Shown piece by piece: positions 24,483-34,589 of a stretch of DNA of 64,000 bases (within the stretch, counting starts at the first letter, position 1; every line of letters starts with the position of its first letter). This stretch comes from Mobula hypostoma. Its lineage: Eukaryota. The notes under the pieces are model-generated. The model searched no databases. It worked only from the letters and a program-made list of their open reading frames with translations, and had not been told where the DNA came from. Location: contig NC_086114.1 of assembly GCF_963921235.1 (NCBI RefSeq), positions 55,180,001-55,244,000 on the forward strand, read 5' to 3'. The translations under genes were made by a program, and so were the position numbers.

Positions 24483-24652
24483 GTATATTTTGTCGATGGA
24501 AAGTGCAGAAGAAATTGAAGAGTACGTTGCCGACTTATTACAAGGGACTGATGGAAAGAAGCAGCTTTTCACCAGTGAGCTGCTGAAAAGGTGGAAACAG
24601 TGTCGAGAATCACCTACTCCTGGACAAGGACAATTATACAGAAAAAAAGATG
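24483..24652 (+). CDS. TRIP4: TRIP4 coding exon 2
   Basis: YILSMESAEEIEEYVADLLQGTDGKKQLFTSELLKRWKQCRESPTPGQGQLYRKKD; 170 nt; aacag|...|gtacat. Confidence 0.95.
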
Positions 24653-25029
24653 GTACATGCAAACTGAGTACAGAAATGTAATCTCCTGAGTTTTCACATT
24701 TTTGGCTCAGAATTATAGAACATAGAAGAATATAGCACTCTACAGAACCTTCAGTTCACAATGTTGTGCCAACCTTTTAACCTACTCCAAGATCGATCTA
24801 CCTTTCCCTTCCACATACCCCTCCATTTTTCTATCATCCATGTGCCTATCTAAGAGTTTCTTAAATGCCCCTAATATATCTACCTCTACCAGCACCCTTG
24901 GCAAGAAGTTCCACGTCTCTGTGTAAAGAACTTACCAATAATAACAACCATGATTTTACCGCTAATTAATTAGGATTTTAAACGTGAAATTTAAAGTATT
25001 CTGAACAATTTCCGCGAACTTTGGCTGCC

Positions 25030-25210
25030 CAGTACTGAACTGAGGCAGAACTGCACTATTAGATGTGCAATTTTCAGTTGAGACTTTAACTCGTGTGTTC
25101 GCTCGACAGATACAGAAGGACCTTTGGCAGTCTTAGATGCATAATGACCCTGGTGATATTTATTTTCAAAAATTTTGCTCTGTCTTCCTGGTAATCACAT
25201 CCTGTGACAG
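25030..25210 (+). mobile_element. Ancient Deu-domain SINE (SacSINE1/AmnSINE-like) remnant
   Basis: agtactga..ctgcactattagatgtgcaattttcagttgagactttaa..cctggtgatatttatt resembles the Deu core as I recall it; heavily diverged. Confidence 0.45.
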
Positions 25211-26276
25211 AGCTTGGAATAGAGTGACTGTTATGAGAATTTGGTGTAAGACGTGAGAAGAGCTTCAGTCATCTGGCTGGTTCTTCCGAGTCTCAGTGCT
25301 GGGGACTTCGGTCTGTGGGAGAGTAGCTTAATGTTGGCTCACTTGCTCTTTCAGTGAATTTGGATGATTCTACGGAGACAGCATAGGGGGGTATCTTTCC
25401 AGTGCCCTGAGGGGCCTTCTGTAAGTAGTCTAGGTCCCAGGTGTAGGTACGGAGGGCAGAATCACCCTGACCTCCATGAATTTTGTGCCAGAGTCTGAGG
25501 CCTTAATCTTCCAACCCCCTTCCCTCAGTGGCCAAAGACTGTGCTGGCACACCAGAGTTCTCAAAACCTTCTTGGAAGATGACTTCTGGACGTCCGTATC
25601 CCATGACTTCTCCAAGTAAAGAATGAGCATTCCCGTGGCACTGAGAACCATGTGTCAGGAGCAAGCAGCAGCCCAGCATAACTAAAAGAAGCAGTGCGCT
25701 TCTTGTCAAGCTACCAATTGTCGGGAACCTCCTGCCTCATCCGTGGCAAAGCAATATTTGGAACACAATATTTCAAGTGTGTCTAACCAAGGTTTTATAG
25801 AGCTGCAACGTTATGTCACGGATCTTGAGCTCAATCCCCCATCCAGTGAAGGTCAACACACCATACATCTCTTAACAACCCTATCAACTTGTGAGGCAAC
25901 TTTGAGAGATCTCTGGATGTGGACTCCAAGTTCACTTTGTTCCTCCATACTGCTAAGAATTCTGCCATTAACCCTGTATTCGTGCCTCCAAATTTAATCG
26001 CTTAATACTTATCTGGGTTGAATTCCATCAGCCACTTTTCAGGCCAGCTCTTCATCCTGTCAATGTCCTATTGTTAACTGCGACAACTCTTGCACTATCC
26101 ACAGTTCCAACAACCTCAGGTCATTTGCAAACATACTAACTCACTCTTCCACTTCCTGATCCATGTATCTGAGATAACAACTGTTACTGCACTTTAAAAT
26201 GTATCTTTCTGCCTGTAGAATGCTTTGAAGCAACTGAGTTGATGAAGGTGTACTATCATTATTCATCTTTTTACAG

Positions 26277-26413
26277 ATGTTTCAGATTTCTCAAAAACGA
26301 GTGACCAGCTCAAGAAGTCTAAGCGGAAAGGCCGGAACAAGCAGGAGCCGCTGCCTATTTCTGAGCAACAGCCTCCGGCTGAGGAAGTTAAAACACCAAT
26401 GGATCTGGTGAAG
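26277..26413 (+). CDS. TRIP4: TRIP4 coding exon 3
   Basis: VSDFSKTSDQLKKSKRKGRNKQEPLPISEQQPPAEEVKTPMDLVK; 137 nt; ttacag|...|gtcagt. Confidence 0.95.
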
Positions 26414-26569
26414 GTCAGTTTGAAGCCAAAACCCATTTTTATATTTATTTATGGTACCCAGGAATGAAGTAGTTCTGGGCACTCCTGCACATAGATGAAT
26501 TGATGCAGAGGCACTAAGATCTGACTTATTGACCTTTTTGACTCTTATGCCATTCTTCTTGATTGTCAA

Positions 26570-27100
26570 GTCAAGTTGAATTTATTGTTGTGTGCACCAG
26601 TATGGTGGGGTACAAGTACAATGAAAATCTTGCTCGTAGTAGTATCGCAAGCACATAGGTGGAGAGAAAATGCGGAATATAAATGATAAAATACAGTAAA
26701 GAGAAGGAGGAAAAAGACTGAGCAAAAGCAATACCTTAATACAAAAAACAAAGAGAATTAGGGACAAATCCTTGGCAGCCCTTGCAGTGAAAGATGTGGT
26801 TCAAGGTGTTTCATTGCTGAGGTAGGGTTAGTGTTGTGCAGGTCTGTTCAAGAATCTGATGGTTGTCGAAAAGCAGCTCCTTAACTTGGTGGTTGAAGAT
26901 TTCTGTACCTCCTCTTGATGGTAGTAGCAAGAAGATGGCATGATGGGGGAGTCCTTCATGATAGATGCCACCTCTTTGAAGCACCTCGTGTTGTACATCC
27001 TGCCAGTGGGGAGGGTTGTGTCCACAAGTCTCTGCAGCCTTTTGCGTTCCTGTACATTGACATTGTTGTAGCAGGCAATGGTGCAACCAGTCAGGATACT
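26570..27100 (-). mobile_element. Rex-Babar 3' fragment
   Basis: ILTGCTIACYNN and RCFKEVASIMKD..H remnants; (ACTTG)n tail at ~26566-26580. Confidence 0.7.
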
Positions 27101-27772
27101 TTTAAAACCATCTTTTATCCATTTTCCATTTCACCCTGATGAGATTTTGGTAAAATACTTCATACATCAGATGGAAAATTTCAATCGACTTACAAAGGAC
27201 AGTGTGTTAGGAAGAGTTTTCTGGATTTTCTCTGTTCTTTTCTGGATTTGTGAAAAATATGTTTGTTCATTAGATTAACTTCGGTGTTAAATTTGTGCCT
27301 CATTTGTTCTCAACTCCCTTACAGAAGAAGTTATTTTTTATTTGCATTTCTTATCAATTCAATGTTTTCTTGAGGTTCTCAAAGCCGGAGGAGGTAGTGG
27401 GGATATGCTCCCACTACCTATTAAATGCTCCCAATGGCGTGCATCTCAAATAGTCTCTGACAACCAAGTCCAACTCCTGGACTTCATGTGTGGCTTAGCT
27501 ACTAAGTCTGGTGAATCGTTTCTTCTGATAGCAGAAGGGGCAAAGGCAGGTTACTGGCACCTTAAAACCAGTCACTTTGGGCAGCTAGGATTCGTCAGCT
27601 ATGGCTGGTAGCTCACCTAGGAGAAAGAATTCTCTGGTCTCAACCGCTGCTGCCTTGAAGCTATAACCATTCATGGGACAGGCTTCAGGAGTAAACTCCA
27701 AGGAAAAGAGACCGTGTAAGGGATCTGGAGCTGCAGCTTGATGACCTACTGCTTATCAGGGAAAGTGAAGAG

Positions 27773-28531
27773 GTGATAGACAGGAGCTACAGGGAGGTAG
27801 TCATCCCTAGGCTACAGGAGTCAGAACACTGGGTCACTGTCAAGAGAGGGAAGGGAAATGCCCGGATAGTGGAGAGCACCCCTGTGGCTGTCCCCCTCAG
27901 CAACAAATATCTTGTTCTGGATGCTGTTGAGGGAAATGACCTGACAGGGGATGCCCACGGTGACCGGGTCTCTGGCACTGAGCCTGGTGCTGTTGTGCAG
28001 GAGAGAAGGAGGGAGAAGAGGAATGCGGTAGTTGTAGGGGATTCCATAGTCAGGGGAACAGACAGGAGATTCTGTGAGCCTGACAGAGATACCCGCACGG
28101 TGTGTTGCCTCCCAGGTGCCAGGGTACGGGATGTCTCGGATCAGGTCCTGAATATTCTAATGGGGGAGGGTGAGCAGCCAGTTGTCTTGGTACATGTTGG
28201 TGCCAATGACATAGATAGGACAAAGGAGGAGGTCCTGAAGAGAGATTTCCAGGAGTTAGGAAGGAAGCTGAGAAGCAGGACCTCCAGGGCAGTAATCTTG
28301 AGATTGCTACCTGTGCCACGTGCTAGCGAGGGCAAGAGTAGTCGGATCAGGCAGATGAATGCCTGGCTGAGAGACTGGTGTAGGGGGCAGGGCTTCAGAT
28401 TCTTGGATAATTGGGATCTCTTCTGGGGAAAGTATGCCCTGTTCAAAAAGGACAGGTTACACCTGAACCTGAAGGGGACCAATATCCTGGCGGGAAAATT
28501 TAATAGAGCTGTTAGGGAGGGTTTAAACTAA
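27773..28531 (+). CDS. CR1 ORF1, SGNH/GDSL esterase-like domain (N-terminal zinc finger lost to truncation)
   Basis: VVVGDSIVRG, CLPGARVRD, VHVGAND, DRLHLN blocks; ends REGLN*. Confidence 0.85.
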   Translation: MIDRSYREVVIPRLQESEHWVTVKRGKGNARIVESTPVAVPLSNKYLVLDAVEGNDLTGDAHGDRVSGTEPGAVVQERRREKRNAVVVGDSIVRGTDRRFCEPDRDTRTVCCLPGARVRDVSDQVLNILMGEGEQPVVLVHVGANDIDRTKEEVLKRDFQELGRKLRSRTSRAVILRLLPVPRASEGKSSRIRQMNAWLRDWCRGQGFRFLDNWDLFWGKYALFKKDRLHLNLKGTNILAGKFNRAVREGLN

Positions 28532-31500
28532 TTTGGCAGGGGGATGGGAACCGGAATGATAGAGCAGAGGAAGGGGATAACAGAAATAAATCTAAGATAG
28601 TGAGCAGTAAAGATGTCAGGAAAGACAGGCAGGTGATGGGGCAAATGTGTAGCCATAGGGATGAGTTGAAGTGCAATAAAGTTGCAGTGAAATCAAAGCA
28701 AAAAGTATCAAATACTGGTCTTAAGGTGTTTTACTTAAATGCACGCAGCATAAGGAATAAGGTGGATGATCTTGTTGTACAGCTACAGATTGGCAGGTAT
28801 GATATTGTGGCCATCACTGAGACCTGGCTAAAGGATGCATGTCTCTGGGAGCTGAACGTCCAAGGATACACGGTGTATCGGAAGGATAGGAAGGTAGGCA
28901 GAGGGGAAGGCGTGGCTTTATTGGTAAGAAATGATATTAAATCGTTAAGAAAGAGGTGATATAGGATCGGAAGGTGCAGAATCTTTATGGGTTGAGCTAA
29001 GGAATAGCAGGGGTAAAAAGACCCTGATGGCAGTTATTTATAGGCCTCCAAACAGCTGCAGGGATGTGGACTACAAATTACAACTGGAAATAGAAAAGGC
29101 TTGTCAGAAGGGCAGTGTTATGATAATTGTGGGGGATTTTAACATGCGAGTAGATTGGAAAAATCAGGTCGGCACTGGATCCAAGAGAGTGAATTTGTAG
29201 AATGTCTGCGAGATGGCTTTTTAGAACAGCTTGTTGTTGAGCCCACTTGGGGATCGGCGGTACTGGATTGGGTATTGTGTAATGAACCGGAGTTGATTGG
29301 AGGGATTGAGGTGAAGGAACCCTTAGGAGGCAGTGATCATAACATGATTGAGTTCACTGTGAAATTAGAAAAAGAGAAGCCGAAATCTGATGTGTCGGTG
29401 TTTCAGTGGAGTAAAGGAAATTACAGTGGCATGAGAGAGGAACTGGCCAAAGTTGACTGGAAAGAGACACTGGCGGGAAAGACGACAGAGCAGCAGTGGC
29501 TGGAGTTTATGCGAAAAATGAGGAATGTGCAAGGCAGGTATATTCCAAAAAAGAAGAAATTTTCGAGTGGAAAAAGGATGCAACCGTGGTTGACAAGAGA
29601 AGTCAAAGCCAAAGTTAAAGCAAAGGAGAGGGCATACAAGGAAGCAAAAATTAGTGGGAAGACAGAGGATTGGGAAGTTTTTAAAACCTTACAAAAGGAA
29701 ACCAAGAAGGTCATTAAGAGAGAAAAGATTAACTATGAAAGGAAACTAGCAAATAATATCAAAGAGGATACTAAAAGCTTTCTCAAGTATATAAAAAGTA
29801 AAAGGTGAGAGTAGATATAGGACCGATAGAAAATGATACTGGAGAAATTGTAATGAGAGATGAGGAGATGGCAGAGGAACTGAACAAGTATTTTGCATCA
29901 GTCTTCACTGAGGAAGACAGCAGGATACCGGACACTCAAGGGTGGCAGGGAAGAGAAGTGTGCGCAGTCACAATTACGACAGAGAAAGTACTCAGGAAGC
30001 TGAATAGGCTAAAGGTCGATAAATCTCCTGGACCAGATGGAATGCACCCTCGTGTTCTGAAGGAAGTAGCTGTGGAGATTGCGGAGGCATTAGCGATGAT
30101 CTTTCAAAAGTCGATAGATTCTGGCATGGTTCCGGAAGACTGGAAGATTGCAAATGTCACTCCGCTATTTAAGAAGGGGGCAAGGAAGCAAAAAGGAAAT
30201 TATAGACCTGTTAGCTTGACGTCGGTGGTTGGGAAGTTGTTGGAGTCGATTGTCAAGGATGAGGTTACAGAGTACCTGGAGGCATATGACAAGATAGGCA
30301 GAACTCAGCATGGATTCCTTAAAGGAAAATCCTGCCTGACAAACCTATTACAATTTTTTGAGGAAATTACCAGTAGGCTAGACAAGGGAGATGCAGTGGA
30401 TGTTGTATATTTGGATTTTCAGAAGGCGTTTGACAAGGTGCCACACATGAGGCTACTTAACAAGATAAGAGCCCATGGAATTACGGGAAAGTTACATACG
30501 TGGATAGAGCGTTGGCTGATTGGCAGGAAACAAAGAGTGGGAATAAAGGGATCCTATTCTGGTTGGCTGCCGGTTACCAGTGGTGTTCCGCAGGGATCAG
30601 TGTTGGGGCCGCTTCTTTTTGCATTGTACATCAACGATCTGGATTATGGAATAGATGGCTTTGTGGCTAAGTTTGCTGACGATATGAAGATAGGTGGAGG
30701 GGCCGGTAGTGCTGAGGAAACGGAGAGTCTGCAGAGAGACTTGGATAGATTGGAAGAATGGGCAGAGAAGTGGCAAATGAAGTACAATGTTGGAAAGTGT
30801 ATGGTTATGCACTTCGGCAGAAAAAATAAACGGGCAGACTATTATTTAAATAGGGAAAGAATTCAAAGTTCTGAGATGCAACGGGACTTGGGAGTCCTCA
30901 TACAGGATTCCCTTAAAGTTAACCTCCAGGTTGAGTCAGTAGTGAAGAAGGCGAATGCAATGTTGGCATTCATTTCTAGAGGAATAGAGTATAGGAGCAG
31001 GGATGTGATGTTGAGGCTCTATAAGGCACTGGTGAGACCTCACTTGGAGTACTGTGGGCAGTTTTGGTCTCCTTATTTAAGAAAGGATGTGCTGACGTTG
31101 GAGAGGGTACAGAGAAGATTCACGAGAATGATTCCGGGAATGAGAGGGTTAACATATGAGGAACGGTTGTCTGCTCTTGGACTGTATTCCTTGGAGTTTA
31201 GAAGAATGAGGGGAGACCTCATAGAAACATTTCGAATGTTAAAAGGCATGGACAGAGTGGATGTGGCAAAGTTGTTTCCCATGATGGGGGAGTCTAGTAC
31301 GAGAGGGCATGACTTCAGGATTGAAGGGCGCCCTTTCAGAACAGAAATGTGAAGATATTTTTTTAGTCAGAGGGTGGTGAATCTATGGAATTTGTTGCCA
31401 CGGGCAGCAGTGGAGGCCAAGTCATTGGGCGTATTTAAGGCAGAGATTGATAGGTATCTGAGTAGCCAGGGCATCAAAGGTTATGGTGAGAAGGCGGGGC
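28522..31500 (+). pseudogene. CR1 ORF2 (apurinic endonuclease + reverse transcriptase), disrupted
   Basis: YLNARSIRNK, AITETWL, GDFN, SDHN, NYRPVSLTS, LDFQKAFDKVPH, GVPQGSVLGP, KFADD. Lesions: +1 at ~28946, -1 at ~29182, small deletion at ~29803, premature TGA at 31350-31352. Confidence 0.93.
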
Positions 31501-32274
31501 AGTGGGACTAAATAGGATAAAATGGATCAGCTCAAGATAAGATGGTGGAGCAGACTCGATGGGCCGAATCGCCTACTTCTGCTCCTTTGTCTTATGGTCT
31601 TATGGAAAACTCCAGAGCTGGAGTCTCTAATAGAGTCATACGATGAGTTCAACACTGACCGGCAACTTCTGCGACACTGCTGGTGCCAAACTGTATTGGT
31701 CTCTGCCGTTCCTTTGGATTCATCCACTGCATGGTGAGAGGGAACCTGCTGCACGGGCAACAGCTTGCTCTCCATATTGTACTGCCTTGGCTTGTCTATC
31801 ACATTGACAGCTCGGGTGCAACATCCATGGTCGACCTAGATCAGTGGAAGGCCTCAATCAATTTAATGACAGAAGCTCATAAGATTGGGAGAGTAGACAG
31901 TTGGTGCCTTTTTCCCCAGAGTAAAATGTCAAATACAGAGAATGTGCATTAAAGTGAGAGGGTGAAACTTCAAAGGAGATGTCTTTTATACACAGCGAGT
32001 GGTAGGTATCTGGGGTGTGTTGCTGGGTTGGGGGGGGTGGTGAGTGATGGAAGTAAGTATGGTAGAGGCATTGAAGAGGCTCCATATGTTCCTTAGACTC
32101 TTACCCTATATCAGTGTTCAGACCGATGACATCCAGAGACGCTCTCTAAACCTTTGCAACCATTCAATTCGATTAGCTAAATGTGAACCAATCCACAGAT
32201 TCATGCTGATTCTCTTTAATCAGCTCACACTTGACCAATTGGTCAGCCATCCTTTTTCGAATTGCAACCAATGT

Positions 32275-33577
32275 CAGACATCCTACCTCTCCCAGAAGTT
32301 CCGGGAGTCTCCCACATATCGATAATGGCTCCCTGACACCCAGAAATTATATACAATATCCCGAAAATAGATTTTTTGGAGAGGGAGAATGAGCATCCTG
32401 ATTGGTCTCTCTTCGTGCTAAGAGTGGTCCCCAACCACCAGGCCGCGAGGAAACAATATGATTTGGCGACATGAGTCAGCTGCACCTTTCCTCATTCCCT
32501 GTCACGCCCACTGTTGAGCTTGAACACACACGAGGTCATTACGCGCGCGTCATCCATGTCAGCGCAGGAAGGAGATCAGCTCCTGGAGCTTGCAAATGAC
32601 GGCGGACTGAAAAGTATGTTTGACATAACATCTCTGCCGGCATTCCAGATCAAAGTCAAGGCTGAATATCCTGAGATAGCCACGAAAGCACTGAAAACGT
32701 TGCTTCCATTTCCAACTTGATATCGCTGCGAAGTAGAGTTTTCTGCAATGAATGCAACGAAAACTAAATTGCGGAATAGACTGGACATAAGGAACCCCCT
32801 TTGAGTATCGCTGTCTCCCATCTCCCCTCGATAGGACCGTCTTGTTGCAGGAAAACAAGCCCAGGGCTCCCACTGATTCAGCCATATTGGTGTGTTACAA
32901 TGATCTTGTATGTTCATACGGGGAAAATATGCAATGTGTGTTTAATATCCACGTTACTTAAAATGTTATGATGCTATTGACTTATCACCTATATTTCAGT
33001 CATAATTAACACCCCCCCCCCGCCAAGTCGGCCAGTCCGCAAGAACGTTGTCGATATTAAACTGGTCTGCGGTGCAAAAAATGTTGGGGACCCCTGCTAA
33101 GTAGACCTATCAGTTTTCTCTGTGGGCGGGCTTTACAGTCGACCTCAAAAATAATGACAGTGTTGCTCACTGCACTGTTTGCAACAGTGACTTTTCTATT
33201 GCCCATGGTGGGTTAAAATGTAAAAGACATGTTGAGGTGAGTTTAACAGGTGTCACTACAGCATAGCTAACGTTACTTAAACTAGCTGGCTTGCTGCTAA
33301 GGAGCTACGCTATTGATGTCCTACGTGATGAGGCCAAACTCCCTGTAGACTTGCTTAAAGTTGTAATAGAATAAACTTGATAATATAATATAGGTACATA
33401 TTTTAATGTCACATTTGCTGCATGTACCCAACTTGGTTTACAGATTAGACAAAATCGCTAAACAAAGTATTACATACACCCTTGAAGGTCGACCGGGGGG
33501 GTGGGGGGGGATATGGGGTTGCGGGGGGGTAGGGGTGCTACCTCCTTGAAATGAGTTTTTGCAGGGTGAGATGTCTG
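32275..33577 (+). mobile_element. Non-autonomous hAT-like DNA transposon with BED-finger remnant
   Basis: Termini CAGACATCCTACC / GGGTGAGATGTCTG; flanks CAATGT / CGATGT; internal AHCTVCNSDFSIAHGGLKCKRHVE. Confidence 0.65.
32422..33096 (+). mobile_element. hAT Charlie/Buster-type non-autonomous element with transposase C-terminus, nested in the hAT above
   Basis: TIR (c)AGTGGTCCCCAAC / GTTGGGGACCCCTG; QLLELANDGGLKSMF..KAEYPEIATKALKTLLPFPT..FSAM..TKTKLRNRLD..KQAQGSH* (hAT dimerisation domain). Confidence 0.88.
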
Positions 33578-33994
33578 CGATGTTAAATTGATGTGTCACC
33601 CCCCTCTCCCCTTTCAGATAACAGATTGGAACTTCATAATGCCAATTCCTGAATTCAGGGTGATTTGGCAAGTTGAAATAACAGCTGCAATTTAATTACT
33701 TATTCTTTCTAAGTAACAGATTTTGTAAACTTGTCCTAAAGTTTCATGGTTTTCTCCTTTTTATTCATTTTACCGATGTCCATTGGTTCAGTTTTGAAGT
33801 TGGGGTTACTTAGTAAACTTTAAATGATAAATCAAAAACTGTTATATCCTTATCCTAATATCTAATTTGAGGTTCATTTTCCTTAAGTTTTTGCTTTTCC
33901 TGGAGAGTTTTAGCCAGAGGGTGGTAAATCTGTGGAAGTCATTGCCCACGGATGGCTGTGGAAACCAAGTTACTGTGTATATGTGTCTATGTGT

Positions 33995-34503
33995 ATATGT
34001 GTGGTGGCCCGTGCTATCATGTTTGCTGTTGTGTGCTGGGGCAGCAGGCTGAGGGTAGCAGACACCAACAGAATCAACAAACTCATTCATAAGGCCAGTG
34101 ATGTGGTGGGGATAGAACTGGACTTTCTGACGGTGGTGTCTGAAAAGAGGATGCTGTCCAAGTTGCATGCCATCTTGGACAATGTCTCCCATCCACTACA
34201 TAATGTACTGGTTGGGCACAGGGGTCATTCAGCCAGAGACTCATTCCATCGAGATGCAACACAGAGCGTCATAGGAAGTCATTCCTGCCTGTGGCCATCA
34301 AACTTTTACTCCAAGAACTTAACTCTGCTTTAAATATAGTCATAGTCATACTTTATTGATCCCGGGGGAAATTGGTTTTCGCTACAGTTGCACCATAAAT
34401 AATAATGAAACCATAAATAGTTAAATAGTAATATGTAAATTATGAAATAAGTCCAGGACCAGCCTATTGGCTCAGGGTGTCTGACCCTCCAAGGGAGGAG
34501 TTG
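33995..34503 (+). mobile_element. Rex-Babar 3' fragment inserted in a CR1 3' end; last ~190 bp inverted
   Basis: VVARAIMFAVVCWGSRLRVADTNRINKLIHKAS on +; the (GACTAT)n tail and AATAAA read on the minus strand at 34337-34357. Confidence 0.8.
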
Positions 34504-34589
34504 CCTGTTTCTCAACTTGCTTTATTTTCTATACCTTTTTAACCAATTTGGTCTGATTGGTCCAGTACTGGTACTATTGTCCAGTATCA

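Larger units (their letters stand above)
27708..31603 (+). mobile_element. Young, nearly full-length CR1 LINE (5'-truncated within ORF1) in TRIP4 intron 3, sense orientation
   Basis: ORF1 esterase + ORF2 APE/RT; 3' tail (CTTATGGT)n; TSD GGAAAA at 27702-27707 and 31604-31609. Confidence 0.95.
27375..31855 (+). mobile_element. Non-coding interspersed repeat (RTE 5'-UTR-like) split in two (27375-27707, 31604-31855) by the CR1 insertion
   Basis: Sequence reads continuously across the CR1 TSD (gtaaactccaaGGAAAA|ctccagagctggagtc); 5' hairpin ggtagtggg...cccactacc. Family assignment is tentative. Confidence 0.45.

Noticed and set aside
25430-25740. Minus-strand ORFs, one with a signal-peptide-like start (MTRSALLLLVMLGCCLLL)
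   Set aside because: Non-ATG start, short, no convincing splice structure or recognisable family; may be a decayed repeat
32514-32876. Domesticated Buster/ZBED-type gene
   Set aside because: Only the transposase C-terminus is present, with in-frame stops, inside TIR-bounded elements found twice in the window
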